A stretch of 64,000 nt of DNA from Chloroflexota bacterium (GCA_027623815.1 JAQBUV010000001.1:67295-131294); one strand, 5' to 3'; positions 37,185 to 48,004 are shown, counted from the stretch's first letter. The notes: a model not told the origin generated them from the sequence alone. Made by a program: numbers and translations.

Positions 37185-37245
37185 CGCGGCAACCAGGCCC
37201 TACGCTGAATACCCAATCGCAAAATCAGGCATGCACCAGGTTTTG

Positions 37246-37782
37246 ATGGCCGAGCACCAGATAATGAATCCAGACGACATCCGTCGCGCCTTGGTTAGGG
37301 TTGCCCATGAAATATTGGAGCACAACCGCGGCATTGAGGATTTGGTGATCGTCGGGATTCAGACTCGGGGTGTGACTCTCGCCCATCGGCTGTCGCGAAA
37401 CATCGAGGAATATGAAGGCAATCGAGTGCCGGTGGCTGAGTTGGACATCAGCTTGTATCGAGACGACCTGCAACATAGGTCGCGTCCCGTGATCAAGCCG
37501 ACCAGCTTTCCAGTGGACATTCGCGACAAGAAAGTAGTGCTGGTAGACGATGTTCTATACACTGGGCGCACCATCCGAGCGGCAATGGACGCCATGAACG
37601 ACTTTGGGCGTCCCCGACAGGTGCAACTCGCCATTCTCTTGGATCGGGGGCACCGGGAGCTTCCCATTCGGGCCGACTACATCGGTAAAAACATTCCCAC
37701 CAGCTTGGAAGAACAGGTGAAAGTCCGCTTGACCGAAATCGACGGCGTGGACGAAGTTTCCATTCTGCGGAGGGAGGACTGA
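37246..37782 (+). CDS. pyrR: Bifunctional pyrimidine operon regulator / uracil phosphoribosyltransferase
   Basis: [37 protein letters not shown]...[17 protein letters not shown] (PRPP motif). The track ORF begins at 37114, but the PyrR N-terminus aligns with ATG 37246. Confidence 0.9.
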   Translation: MAEHQIMNPDDIRRALVRVAHEILEHNRGIEDLVIVGIQTRGVTLAHRLSRNIEEYEGNRVPVAELDISLYRDDLQHRSRPVIKPTSFPVDIRDKKVVLVDDVLYTGRTIRAAMDAMNDFGRPRQVQLAILLDRGHRELPIRADYIGKNIPTSLEEQVKVRLTEIDGVDEVSILRRED

Positions 37783-37786
37783 ACTG

Positions 37787-38836
37787 ATGAGTCTGTCGCA
37801 CCCTGCCGCCTTCGGCGCTTATTCAGGAACTGGACACGCCAACGGCGAGACTAAGCCCAGGCAGCACGTCCTGGACCTGGACGATTTCCTACCGTCGGAG
37901 ATAGCTTCAGTCTTGGAAAACACCCGCGCCATGAAAGAGGTATTGAAGCGGGACATCAAGAAGGTGCCGACGCTGAGAGGCCGGGTAGTCGTAACCCTCT
38001 TCTACGAAGCCAGCACCCGCACCCGTATCTCCTTTGAAGAAGCGGGCAAGGTACTGAGCGCCGACGTGATCAACATGGGTGGCTCCGGCAGCAGCGTGGA
38101 GAAAGGTGAGTCGCTGCTGAACACCGGCCTGACCCTCCAGGCGATGGGCGTAGACATTCTGGTCGTTCGTCACCCCCATGCCGGTGCGCCGAATTTTCTG
38201 GCCCGCCACCTGCCCAAAGTTAGTATTATCAACGCCGGAGACGGCCTGCATGCCCACCCAACCCAAGCACTGTTGGATCTGTTTACCGTGCAGGAAAAGC
38301 TAGGGAGTCTGGCCGGTCTCAAGATTGTTATCGTCGGCGACGTGCTGCACAGCCGGGTGGCCCGCTCCGCCATGTGGGGATTCGCAAAAATGGGGGCCAA
38401 AGTAACGCTGTGCGGACCGGGAACTCTGCTGCCCCTCGACCTGCTGCGCCCCAATGGGCACCTGCCGGAGGGCCATTGCCTGGCATCGGTCAAAGTTGAT
38501 ACCAGCCTGGACCGGGCTATCGAAGGCGCAGACGTGGTGATGGCCCTCCGGTTGCAGTCAGAGCGGCAGGACAGCGGCTTTCTGCCCAGCATGCGGGAGT
38601 ACATCCGGCGCTGGCAGGTGACCGAGAGCAGGGTAGCATCGGCCAAACCCAACGCCCTGGTCATGCACCCCGGCCCGATGAACGAAGGTATCGAAATCAG
38701 CTCCGGCCTGGCCCACGGCGACAGTTCAGTCATTGAGGAACAGGTCGCCAACGGCGTGGCGGTGCGTATGGCTTTGCTTTATCAGGTATCCACCGTAGTA
38801 TCACAGGCATCGGGAAGATTATCAATTGAGCAATAA
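37787..38836 (+). CDS. pyrB: Aspartate carbamoyltransferase catalytic subunit
   Basis: LFYEASTRTRISFE, HPTQALLD, MHPGPMNEG. It carries a ~25-aa N-terminal extension relative to typical PyrB. Confidence 0.95.
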   Translation: MSLSHPAAFGAYSGTGHANGETKPRQHVLDLDDFLPSEIASVLENTRAMKEVLKRDIKKVPTLRGRVVVTLFYEASTRTRISFEEAGKVLSADVINMGGSGSSVEKGESLLNTGLTLQAMGVDILVVRHPHAGAPNFLARHLPKVSIINAGDGLHAHPTQALLDLFTVQEKLGSLAGLKIVIVGDVLHSRVARSAMWGFAKMGAKVTLCGPGTLLPLDLLRPNGHLPEGHCLASVKVDTSLDRAIEGADVVMALRLQSERQDSGFLPSMREYIRRWQVTESRVASAKPNALVMHPGPMNEGIEISSGLAHGDSSVIEEQVANGVAVRMALLYQVSTVVSQASGRLSIEQ

Positions 38837-40202
38837 TTTGACTCCGCAGAGCATTTTGATCAAAGGACCCCGCATAATCGACGCCAGCCAGGGGCTGGAT
38901 GTTGTCGGCGACCTGTTGGTTAAAGACGGCAAGATACTGTCCGTGGGTAACCTAATTGCCCCGGCGGACATCCCGGAAAACTGCCGGGTCATTTCCGGCG
39001 ACGGTCTGGTGGCTTGCGCCGGATTCATCGACCTGCACTGTCATCTGCGCGAACCGGGTTTCGAGTACAAGGAGACCATCGCCACCGGTACTCAGGCGGC
39101 GGCGCGGGGTGGATTCACTTCGCTCTGCTGCATGCCCAACACCGACCCGGCCATCGACAACGCCGCTGTGGTGGAATTCATCAAACGTCGCGCCGCAGAC
39201 CAGGGAGTGGTTAGAGTCTTCCCCATCGGCTGCGTCACCAAGGAGCGCAAAGGCAAAACATTGGCCGAGATGGAAGAATTGGCCTCCGCCGGAGTGGTGG
39301 CCTTTAGCGACGACGGCGACCCGGTATACGATGACAACCTGATGCGGCTGGCTCTGGCCTACAGTCAGGACCTGGGACTGCCCATCATCAACCACTGCCA
39401 GGAGCATTCCCTGTCTCGTGGCGGCGTGATGGCCGAAGGCTGGGTTGCCACCCTGCTGGGGCTACCCGGCATTCCCGCCGCCGCCGAGGAGGCAATGATC
39501 GCCCGGGACATCGCGCTAGCTGAGCTAACCGGTGGTCGGCTGCATGTGGCTCACCTGAGCACCAGCGGCTCGGTTGCCCTGGTGCGGCAGGCCAAGGAGC
39601 GGGGCATCCCGGTGACCGCCGAGGTTTGCCCCCATCACCTGACCATCACCGACCAGTGGGCCTTGGGCGGCAAGGACTCGAAAAATGACGTCGCTGGGCC
39701 GCTCAGCTTTGATACGTCCACCAAAGTATACCCGCCCCTGCGGTCCCAGCACGACGTTGAAGCTCTGGTGGACGCCCTGGCCGAGGGCGTGATCGACTGT
39801 GTAGCCACCGACCACGCTCCCCACGACCTGGCCAGTAAGCAGGTTACCTATCAGGATGCGTCCTTCGGAATCAGCGTTCTGGAAACCGCCCTGGGGTCTT
39901 TGATGCAGTTGGTGCATCAAGACCGAATCAGCCTCAGCACTTTGATTGAACGCTTGACGGTCGGCCCGGCCAGAATCTTGGGGCCTAACTTCGCTGAATT
40001 GCCTACCCTAAAGGAAGGCACCCCCGCCGACGTGGTTCTCTTCGACCCCAACCGGGAATGGCGCGTAGACCCCCGGGAGTTCGCCTCCAAAGGCAAGAAC
40101 ACTCCGTTGGAAGGGACAACTCTCAAGGGGCGCGTGGTTGCTACTATGGTTGCCGGAGAGATCGTTTTTCAAGAATCAGCTTTGACCGAGCAGGTGAGTT
40201 AA
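38826..40202 (+). CDS. pyrC: Dihydroorotase
   Basis: FIDLHCHLREPG, HVAHLST, ATDHAPH. TTG start overlaps the pyrB end by 11 nt; TTG 38838 is an alternative. Confidence 0.9.
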   Translation: MSNNLTPQSILIKGPRIIDASQGLDVVGDLLVKDGKILSVGNLIAPADIPENCRVISGDGLVACAGFIDLHCHLREPGFEYKETIATGTQAAARGGFTSLCCMPNTDPAIDNAAVVEFIKRRAADQGVVRVFPIGCVTKERKGKTLAEMEELASAGVVAFSDDGDPVYDDNLMRLALAYSQDLGLPIINHCQEHSLSRGGVMAEGWVATLLGLPGIPAAAEEAMIARDIALAELTGGRLHVAHLSTSGSVALVRQAKERGIPVTAEVCPHHLTITDQWALGGKDSKNDVAGPLSFDTSTKVYPPLRSQHDVEALVDALAEGVIDCVATDHAPHDLASKQVTYQDASFGISVLETALGSLMQLVHQDRISLSTLIERLTVGPARILGPNFAELPTLKEGTPADVVLFDPNREWRVDPREFASKGKNTPLEGTTLKGRVVATMVAGEIVFQESALTEQVS

Positions 40203-40203
40203 C

Positions 40204-41313
40204 TTGGCAGACCTGGCATATTTGGTACTGGAAGACGGCTCAGTGCATCAAGGTGAGACATTTGGCGCCGACACCGCCGGACATGGTGAGGTGATCTTCA
40301 ACACCAGCATGACCGGATACCAGGAGGTGCTGACCGACCCTTCCTATGCCGGTCAGTTGGTCACTCTGACCTATCCAATGGTGGGCAACTACGGAATTAA
40401 TCGAGAAGATATTGAGTCTCGCCGAATCCAAGTGCGCGGCCTGATCGTGCGGGAGCACTGTGATCAGCCGAGCCACGGCAACAGCGAACTGACCCTGCAC
40501 GAATACCTGAAGTCGCAGGGGATACCCGGCATTGCCGGCGTGGATACCCGGGCCATCACCCGTCGTCTGCGCGATCAGGGCGTGATGATGGGACTGATTA
40601 CCACCGAGTCGCCAGAGTCGGCAAAGGCCAAATTAGCCCAGGCCCCCCGTTATGATGACCTGGACCTGGTCAGCACCGTGACCACCGATAAAAGATACAC
40701 CTGGGACAGTGATGCTTCAGTTGCTGAGACGCCCAAGTACCGCATCCTGGTCACCGACAGCGGCCTCAAATACAACATTCTGAGACTCTTGAAACAGCGG
40801 GGATGCGAAGTAATCGCTGTACCGGCCACCACTTCCGCCGAAGAGATACTCTCGCTACAGCCGGCAGGCGTCCTGATGTCCCCCGGCCCTGGCGACCCGC
40901 AGCTTCTGGACTACGTTACCGACAACGTGAAGCAACTGCTGGGTCGGGTGCCCATGATGGGTATCTGTCTGGGTCACCAGCTGATCGCCCGTGCGATGGG
41001 GGCCAAGACCTACAAGTTGAAATTCGGCCACCGGGGGGCCAACCATCCGGTGAAAGACTTAATCACAGGCAGAGTTTACATAACTGCACAAAACCACGGT
41101 TACGCCGTGGACGCTGATTCGCTACCCGCCGGACTGGAAGTCTCCCTGCTAAATTTGAACGACAACACTGTTGAGGGACTGACCCATCGGGACATCCCTC
41201 TCTTGACCATTCAATACCATTCGGAAGCTTCACCCGGCCCCAGAGACAACGAATATGTTTTCGACAACTTTCTGGAGATGATTGGCAAATTCCAAGCTGG
41301 ACGAGGGGGCTAG
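40204..41313 (+). CDS. carA: Carbamoyl-phosphate synthase small (glutaminase) subunit
   Basis: LVLEDGSV..GE.FGA, GICLGHQL (catalytic Cys), QYHSEASPGP. Confidence 0.95.
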   Translation: MADLAYLVLEDGSVHQGETFGADTAGHGEVIFNTSMTGYQEVLTDPSYAGQLVTLTYPMVGNYGINREDIESRRIQVRGLIVREHCDQPSHGNSELTLHEYLKSQGIPGIAGVDTRAITRRLRDQGVMMGLITTESPESAKAKLAQAPRYDDLDLVSTVTTDKRYTWDSDASVAETPKYRILVTDSGLKYNILRLLKQRGCEVIAVPATTSAEEILSLQPAGVLMSPGPGDPQLLDYVTDNVKQLLGRVPMMGICLGHQLIARAMGAKTYKLKFGHRGANHPVKDLITGRVYITAQNHGYAVDADSLPAGLEVSLLNLNDNTVEGLTHRDIPLLTIQYHSEASPGPRDNEYVFDNFLEMIGKFQAGRGG

Positions 41314-41436
41314 ACGGCAAAGTATTCGCAAACCAGCCGTATCGACCATCTTATAATAGTTGAATCGGGACACCCATATACTCTAGTGTTGTTTTATATG
41401 CCGATTTATTCTCGGCTGCATTATTAGGAGGTTTGT

Positions 41437-41856
41437 ATGTCATCTTTTAGCAGGGTTCTACTGGAGGAAGGGGTCGAGATGGAGATTCCGGCGAGCTTGT
41501 CGGATGCCCTGGGGCTGTTGGACGAGGTGGTTCCGACCTTTACCTGTCAGCATTACGGCTACCAGGTAGGCTCGGTGAATCGGGCCAAGCTGGGCAGCAG
41601 TTGGGGGCTCTGGGTTAAACTGGTGGACCGACAAACCAACGAGGTATTCCAGGAACCGGTGGGCTGCGTTGAACTGGAAAAAATTGACGACAACAAGGTT
41701 AATTTTCGGGTGCCAGCGAGGGCCGAGCAGGACTTTCCCGGGATGAGCAAGTTCGACGGGGAGGGCCACCTTTACGGCTCATTTATCTACCAGATGCTTA
41801 ATCTGCTGCATGAGAGAAAGCTGATCCAGCTTCCCGGCGTGCTTCCCACATTCTGA
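41437..41856 (+). CDS. Hypothetical protein (139 aa) inserted between carA and carB
   Basis: Strong AGGAGG 6 nt upstream of the ATG, preceded by a ~120-bp A+T-rich spacer. No motif recognised. Confidence 0.5.
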   Translation: MSSFSRVLLEEGVEMEIPASLSDALGLLDEVVPTFTCQHYGYQVGSVNRAKLGSSWGLWVKLVDRQTNEVFQEPVGCVELEKIDDNKVNFRVPARAEQDFPGMSKFDGEGHLYGSFIYQMLNLLHERKLIQLPGVLPTF

Positions 41857-41907
41857 AGAGGCGATTGGCCTGGGTGATGGCGTTTTCACCAGAGGAGTCT
41901 TAAAAAC

Positions 41908-44900
41908 GTGATAGATGGGAGAAAGAAGCCAGAAAAGGTTCTGGTGATTGGTTCTGGCCCCATCGTTATTGGACAAGCTGCCGAGTTTGATTACGCCGGT
42001 ACCCAGGCCTGCAAAGCCCTCCGCGAAGAGGGGGTTTTCACCATTCTGGTCAACTCCAACCCGGCCACCATCATGACCGACCAGGATGTCGCCGACCGCG
42101 TTTATATTGAACCGCTGACCGTGGAGGTGCTGGAACGCATAATCCAGCGGGAGCGGCCCGACGGCATCTTGCCGACTCTGGGCGGTCAGACCGGGCTGAA
42201 CCTGGCGGTGGCCCTGGCCGACGCTGGAATCCTGGACAAGTATCAGGTGCGTTTGTTGGGCACGCCATTAGAGACCATCCGCAAGGCGGAAGACCGGGAC
42301 TTTTTCCGCAAGTTCCTCCACGAAATCGGCGAGCCGGAGCCACCCAACGCCTCAGTGTGTACCGTGGAAGAAGCGCGCAGTTTTGGCCTAGAGATGGGCC
42401 TGCCTCTGGTGGTACGCCCGGCCTACACCCTGGGCGGCACCGGCGGTGGTATCGCTAATACCTGGGACGAGTTCGAGACCATTGTCCAGTCGGGTCTGGC
42501 GATGAGCCCGATTTCCCAGGTGCTGCTGGAACGCTCGCTGGTGGGCTGGAAGGAAATCGAGTACGAAGTGATGCGGGACGGCGCGGACAACTGCATCACC
42601 ATCTGCAACATGGAGAACCTGGACCCGATGGGCGCTCACACCGGCGACAGCATAGTGGTAGCGCCCAGCCAGACCCTGACCGACAAAGAGTATCAGATGC
42701 TGCGCACCGCCAGCCTTAAAATCATCCGGGGGCTGGGCATCGAAGGCGGCTGCAACGTCCAGTTGGCGCTGCGCCCTCATCCTAAGGTTGAGGAAGTCCT
42801 CGCCTTTGACTGGGTGCCAGACTCGCCGTACTACGTGATTGAGGTCAACCCTCGGGTCAGCCGCAGCTCCGCCCTGGCCAGCAAGGCAACCGGCTATCCC
42901 ATCGCTAGGGTTTCGGCCAAGATCGCCGTGGGTAAAAGATTAGACGAAATCACCAACGCCGTTACCGGCAAGACCGGCGCGGCATTTGAACCCGCCCTGG
43001 ACTACTGTGTGGTGAAAATACCCCGCTGGCCCTTCGACAAGTTCGCCCACGGCGACCGGCACATCACCACTCAGATGAAGTCCACCGGCGAGGTCATGGC
43101 AATTGGGCGGTCTTTCGAGGCGGCCCTGCAAAAAGCCACCCGCTCTCTGGAACTGGGCAATCGCAGCCTGATGTGGGAAGACCCAAGTTGGCGCGGTGCA
43201 GAAGACGGCGAGATTGACCTGGAAAAGCTGCCTCTGTATCCCAACGACTTGCGCCTATGGGCTTTGACCACGGCCTTACGGCGCAACGTGGACCAAGCGA
43301 CTCTGATCCGAAAAAGCTTCATCGATCCCTGGTTCCTCAGCGCACTGGAGCGCATAGTTAACATGGAGCACCAACTCCTGTCCGAAAACCTGACGCCGGA
43401 GCTATTGCTAAAGGCCAAACGGCTGGGATTTGCCGACGAGCAGGTGGGTACCCTGGCCGATATGCTGCCGGAGCAGGTCAGGAACTTGCGGTTGAGCTGG
43501 GGTTTGCGCCCGGTATACAAAATGGTCGACACCTGCGCCGCTGAATTTGAGGCAATCACCCCCTACTACTACAGTTCCTACGACCAGGAAAACGAGGCGT
43601 TACCCCTGCCGGGCAAGAAGGCGGTGGTCATCGGCAGCGGGCCGATCCGTATTGGACAGGGCATCGAGTTCGATTATTGCAGTGTCCACGCCGCCTGGGC
43701 TTTGTCGGAAGCCGGGGTCAAGAGCATCATGATCAACTCCAACCCGGAAACGGTGTCAACCGACTTCGACACCAGCGACCGCCTTTACTTTGAGCCGCTG
43801 GACGAAGAAGCGGTAAGAGACATCATTGATAACGAAACGGTTGATGATAACCCGCCGCCCGCTGTGGTGCAGTTCGGCGGTCAAACCGCCATTGACCTTT
43901 CTCAAATATTGGCCAGGAACGGCCTTCCCATACTGGGTTCCAGCGCCGAGGTGATCGACACTGCTTCCGACCGGCACAAATTTGACGAGTTCCTGTCCCG
44001 TTTGGGTATCCCCCAACCGCCGGGAGCGACAGTTACATCGGTATCTGAGGCTTTACAAATTGCCCAGAACATTGGCTATCCGGTGGTGGTGCGCCCCAGC
44101 TACGTGTTGGGCGGGCGGGCCATGGAGATCGTCCAAAACGCCACTGAGCTAATCCGGTATCTGACCGTGGCCACGCAAGTGTCGCCCGACCGGCGGGTGC
44201 TGGTTGACCACTACATGGAAGGCAAGGAGTGCGAGGTCGATGCCATCTGCGACGGCGAGCAGGTGCTGATTCCCGGGATCATGGAACACATTGAACGCGC
44301 CGGCGTGCACAGCGGCGACTCTATGGCCATCTACCCGGGTCTTAACCTGTCTGATGCAGAAGTAAACACGCTGGTTGACTACACCACCCGCATCGGGCTG
44401 GCCATGGGCGTCCGAGGCTTGATGAACATCCAGTTCGTAATTCAGGGTGGCAGCGCCTACCGTAGTCCGCACTTAAAAGTGGAGGATTCTGAGGCCACTT
44501 CGGTATACGTTTTGGAGGTGAACCCCCGGGGCAGCCGAACCATCCCATTCATTTCCAAGGTCACGGGCGTGCCGGTAGCCAAACTGGCCACCAGCGTCAT
44601 GCTGGGCCGCACCCTGGCGGATATGGGCTACCCGGGCGGACTGTGGCCCAAGCAGAAACTGGTGGCCATCAAGGCCCCGGTGTTCTCAATGGCCAAGCTG
44701 GTGGGCGTTGACTGGTACCTGGGACCAGAGATGAAATCTACCGGGGAAGTAATGGGTATCGACCGAGACTTTCCCGCCGCCCTGTCCAAGGCTTTGCTGG
44801 CAGCCAATTTAAACATCAGTATAGGTATGGGCGTTCTGTTGAGCATTGCCGACCGCAACAAAGCGGAGTCGCTGCCGCTGATTCGAGAGCTGCTACGCGC

Positions 44901-45237
44901 CGACTGTCGCCTCTACGCCACCGAAGGCACCGCCGCTATGATTGACGCTCTGGGTTTGCCGGTAACTATGATCACCAAAAAGCTCAGCGAAGGCCACCCC
45001 AACGTGGTTGACGTGATCGAGAACGGCAGCGTAGGTGCGGTAATTAACACCGTATCCGAGTCCACATCGGTGCTGCGCGACGGGTTTGACATTCGCCGGG
45101 CCGCAGTGGAGCGACGCATTCCTTGCTTCACTTCTCTGGACACTGCCAGGGCCGCCGTGGAGAGCCTGCTAATGTCGCAAGGCAATTACAACATCCAGCC
45201 AATGATCGAGTATCTCAATGGTGCAAGGGTTAAATGA
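41908..45237 (+). CDS. carB: Carbamoyl-phosphate synthase large subunit
   Basis: 1109 aa, GTG start. Duplicated ATP-grasp halves ([22 protein letters not shown] / [22 protein letters not shown]; [18 protein letters not shown] / [18 protein letters not shown]) and an MGS-like C-terminus. Confidence 0.97.
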   Translation: MIDGRKKPEKVLVIGSGPIVIGQAAEFDYAGTQACKALREEGVFTILVNSNPATIMTDQDVADRVYIEPLTVEVLERIIQRERPDGILPTLGGQTGLNLAVALADAGILDKYQVRLLGTPLETIRKAEDRDFFRKFLHEIGEPEPPNASVCTVEEARSFGLEMGLPLVVRPAYTLGGTGGGIANTWDEFETIVQSGLAMSPISQVLLERSLVGWKEIEYEVMRDGADNCITICNMENLDPMGAHTGDSIVVAPSQTLTDKEYQMLRTASLKIIRGLGIEGGCNVQLALRPHPKVEEVLAFDWVPDSPYYVIEVNPRVSRSSALASKATGYPIARVSAKIAVGKRLDEITNAVTGKTGAAFEPALDYCVVKIPRWPFDKFAHGDRHITTQMKSTGEVMAIGRSFEAALQKATRSLELGNRSLMWEDPSWRGAEDGEIDLEKLPLYPNDLRLWALTTALRRNVDQATLIRKSFIDPWFLSALERIVNMEHQLLSENLTPELLLKAKRLGFADEQVGTLADMLPEQVRNLRLSWGLRPVYKMVDTCAAEFEAITPYYYSSYDQENEALPLPGKKAVVIGSGPIRIGQGIEFDYCSVHAAWALSEAGVKSIMINSNPETVSTDFDTSDRLYFEPLDEEAVRDIIDNETVDDNPPPAVVQFGGQTAIDLSQILARNGLPILGSSAEVIDTASDRHKFDEFLSRLGIPQPPGATVTSVSEALQIAQNIGYPVVVRPSYVLGGRAMEIVQNATELIRYLTVATQVSPDRRVLVDHYMEGKECEVDAICDGEQVLIPGIMEHIERAGVHSGDSMAIYPGLNLSDAEVNTLVDYTTRIGLAMGVRGLMNIQFVIQGGSAYRSPHLKVEDSEATSVYVLEVNPRGSRTIPFISKVTGVPVAKLATSVMLGRTLADMGYPGGLWPKQKLVAIKAPVFSMAKLVGVDWYLGPEMKSTGEVMGIDRDFPAALSKALLAANLNISIGMGVLLSIADRNKAESLPLIRELLRADCRLYATEGTAAMIDALGLPVTMITKKLSEGHPNVVDVIENGSVGAVINTVSESTSVLRDGFDIRRAAVERRIPCFTSLDTARAAVESLLMSQGNYNIQPMIEYLNGARVK

Positions 45238-45277
45238 CTAGATCAAACCTCTGCCAATTGAAGCAAGCTGTCCTTTA

Positions 45278-46018
45278 ATGCAATGCCAACAATGTCACAT
45301 AGGACTGTTACCCGGAGCGCGCTACTGCCACGCCTGCGGTTCTCAAATACAGCCACAATGCCCGACTTGTCAGACTGTTAACCCGGCGGGCAGCAGCTTC
45401 TGTTTTAGCTGTGGCAACGGCTTAACTTCTGAACCTTCAGCGTTCACAGCACCACATTCAGCTGGTGCTGGGCAAAACGGACCGGTTTGCCCCAGATGCC
45501 ATGAGCGCAACGAACCTGCGTCAACTTATTGCTACTCCTGCGGACTGCCCCTAGACGATACCACTCACCGGCAAGGAGTCGTTAATTCGCTACCGGCCTT
45601 CGCCATGGGCCGACCGGGTGGTTTCTGGATACGCTTACTGGCTTATTTCATTGACGCCGTTCTCTTAACAGTATTGTTCGTCGTAGTGTGGCCCATTGTC
45701 TCCGGAGAATCTCTCACGGACTATTTTGCCTCCGGCGAAGAACTGACCTGGGGCGACCTGTTTAGCCTGGCCCTGAACCTGGTGTACTACACCGGAGCCG
45801 TCGCGAATTGGGCAACCACGATCGGGAAAAGACCTTTTGGGTTGTACGTGGTCAGAACCGATGGCTCCAAAGTGGGAGTTGGTCGCGCATTGGCCAGGTA
45901 TTTAGCCTATGTACCGTCAGCCATTATTTTGGGAGGCGGCTTTATTATGATCGCCTTCAGGCAGGATAAACGTGGACTGCATGATCTGATCTGCGACACG
46001 GTAGTCATCCGGCGGTAA
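45278..46018 (+). CDS. Zinc-ribbon (three CxxC..CxxC units) plus RDD-family membrane protein
   Basis: N-terminus: CQQCH..YCHACG, CPTCQ..FCFSCG, CPRCH..YCYSCG. C-terminus: RDD domain (FWIRLLAYFIDAVLL ... RQDKRGLHDLICDTVVI). Confidence 0.75.
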   Translation: MQCQQCHIGLLPGARYCHACGSQIQPQCPTCQTVNPAGSSFCFSCGNGLTSEPSAFTAPHSAGAGQNGPVCPRCHERNEPASTYCYSCGLPLDDTTHRQGVVNSLPAFAMGRPGGFWIRLLAYFIDAVLLTVLFVVVWPIVSGESLTDYFASGEELTWGDLFSLALNLVYYTGAVANWATTIGKRPFGLYVVRTDGSKVGVGRALARYLAYVPSAIILGGGFIMIAFRQDKRGLHDLICDTVVIRR

Positions 46019-46028
46019 GGCCACCATC

Positions 46029-46886
46029 TTGGGCATTCAAACTCTGCTGCTGGCTTCGTTTTCTCCCGGGTTTTTCTGGCTGTGGTTCTTCCTTCGACAG
46101 AATAAATTGCGGCCAGCACCCAAGCGGCTAATTGCGCTAACCTTCTTGCTGGGTTGCGTGTCCACCATACCGGCGGCAATCCTGGAAGGCATATTCAACC
46201 TTGGCGGTCTACTAGAAGCCGAAACCGACCTGGCCACCGTGGCAACCGGCATGCTTCTTGTGGTCGGCCCGGTCGAGGAGTTGTGCAAATTCAGCGCAGT
46301 GCGGTTCGCTGCTTATAGGTCTCAATACTTTGACGAGCCGATGGACGGCTTGGTCTATGGCGCGGCGGCCAGCCTGGGTTTCGCTTCTTTGGAAAACTTC
46401 TTCTACGTCCTGAGCTACGGGCCAGAGGTAATGTTGCTGCGCGCCCCTCTGAGCACCGTCGCCCACCTGGTGTTTGGCAGCATCTGGGGATACGCCTTGG
46501 GCCAGCATCATAGTTCAAATTTCGGTAAGCTATGGCTGGTAATTGGTGGCCTGGCATTAGCGGCAGTGGCCCATGCCCTGTTCAATGTGACCGTGGTTTT
46601 CTATCCCTGGGCGGCGGTTTTACTGGTCTTGGCCGGAGGCATCTGGTCTTTCAAACGGTTTCGGTGGGGCCAACGGGTGTCGCCTTTCCGGCTCAGGCGA
46701 AATTATCCCTTCACCCACTGTCGGTCCTGCGACGCCCTGGTCAGAGTGCTGGACCGGCACTGTACTTCCTGCGGTGCGTCAGCATCCCCGATAGGCCGCG
46801 AGCTAATCTGCGGGCGCTGTCAAAATCGCAATCGTGCCGACGCCACCTATTGCACCGGATGCGGCGACCACCTATTGATGCGGTGA
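46029..46886 (+). CDS. PrsW-family intramembrane protease with a C-terminal double zinc ribbon
   Basis: VEELCKF (EExxK), GFASLENFFY and HLVFGSIWGYALG are PrsW-type motifs. The tail has CRSCD..HCTSCG and CGRCQ..YCTGCG. It starts 11 nt after the RDD gene. Confidence 0.75.
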   Translation: MGIQTLLLASFSPGFFWLWFFLRQNKLRPAPKRLIALTFLLGCVSTIPAAILEGIFNLGGLLEAETDLATVATGMLLVVGPVEELCKFSAVRFAAYRSQYFDEPMDGLVYGAAASLGFASLENFFYVLSYGPEVMLLRAPLSTVAHLVFGSIWGYALGQHHSSNFGKLWLVIGGLALAAVAHALFNVTVVFYPWAAVLLVLAGGIWSFKRFRWGQRVSPFRLRRNYPFTHCRSCDALVRVLDRHCTSCGASASPIGRELICGRCQNRNRADATYCTGCGDHLLMR

Positions 46887-46895
46887 AACTCACCG

Positions 46896-47849
46896 TTACC
46901 AATCCATCTCGGTGCCCAACCCCTTGGCCAGGGCACGGTCATAAGCCAGCTTGGCGGCGGCTACATCCGCCACGCCGGTACCCATCATCTTCGCGTAGAC
47001 TATATCAGCGCGGCTAATCCTGCCCTTAATGTTTCCTGCCACTACATGCCGCAATTCCAGGAGTTGACTCCACTGCAAGATGCCCCGGTCGGCGGCGCTG
47101 GCCATATCGCCTGACTCCACTTGGGCCTGGTCCGACGAGTCCACGATGATCTGGCTGGCGCGAGTCAAGACAGCATCATCCACCTCCCGGGCCCGCCAGG
47201 TAGTCGGCCCGGCGGCCACCACGGTAGTGCCGGACGACAACCAATCACCTTGCAACACGGGGTCCATAGTTGCGGCGATGCAGATTACAATGTCGCTGTC
47301 CCGCGCAGCCTCTTCATTGCTGGAAACTGACACAACGTCCAAACTTAGCGAGTCAGCCATCTTCTTGGCAAAAGCGTCCCGACGCTCGGCGGTGCGGCTA
47401 TAGGCTTTGATACGACTGACTTCCCGTACTTTACATAAAGCCTCCAGCTGGGGTGATGCCTGGTAGCCCGTGCCAATGATTCCCACGGTGGCGGCATCAG
47501 GATTAGAAAGATACTTGACCGCGATCCCGGTGGTTGCGCCGGTGCGTAACTGGCCTAAACGGTTGGCCTGGGTGTAGCAGATCAGTTTGCCGGTATCGGC
47601 GTCGTACAGGCTAACCTGGAACGAGTATTGCCCCTTGACCACGGTGTAGGTCTTGACGCCGAAGACGCCTTCGTAGAACAGCCCGCCGCCCATCACGGCG
47701 AGCAATCCACCACTGCCAATTATCTTGCGGCGAGGCAGGTTACACGCCTCTCCCTGCCCGAAATGACGCTGCATCGACTCGATGGCCTCCAGCATTTCGT
47801 CAATTGATACGCACTGATTGACCTCTTCGTCCCGTAGAAACAGCGCCAT
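46896..47849 (-). CDS. Ornithine cyclodeaminase / mu-crystallin family protein
   Basis: VGIIGTGYQASPQLEAL Rossmann motif. I prefer ATG 47849 (AGGAG upstream), giving MALFLRDEEV... The track start is 47993. Confidence 0.8.
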   Translation of the reverse strand: MALFLRDEEVNQCVSIDEMLEAIESMQRHFGQGEACNLPRRKIIGSGGLLAVMGGGLFYEGVFGVKTYTVVKGQYSFQVSLYDADTGKLICYTQANRLGQLRTGATTGIAVKYLSNPDAATVGIIGTGYQASPQLEALCKVREVSRIKAYSRTAERRDAFAKKMADSLSLDVVSVSSNEEAARDSDIVICIAATMDPVLQGDWLSSGTTVVAAGPTTWRAREVDDAVLTRASQIIVDSSDQAQVESGDMASAADRGILQWSQLLELRHVVAGNIKGRISRADIVYAKMMGTGVADVAAAKLAYDRALAKGLGTEMDW

Positions 47850-47976
47850 GATTCTGTGCTCCTCATTCCTTCCCAGTTGATTACCAAAATCGCCCTTGAG
47901 CCAAAACATAGCTAGTTTAACTTGACCTAACTTACGTGGCAACGGTTTTGGGATTGCCGACTCTTTTAGCTGACAT

Positions 47977-48004
47977 ATAAAAAGGACGGCCATTGACCGT
48001 CCTT
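47977..48004 (-). terminator. Intrinsic terminator after the MFS gene (minus strand)
   Basis: Read on the minus strand: AGGACGG-tcaatgg-CCGTCCT followed by TTTTTATAT. Confidence 0.6.
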
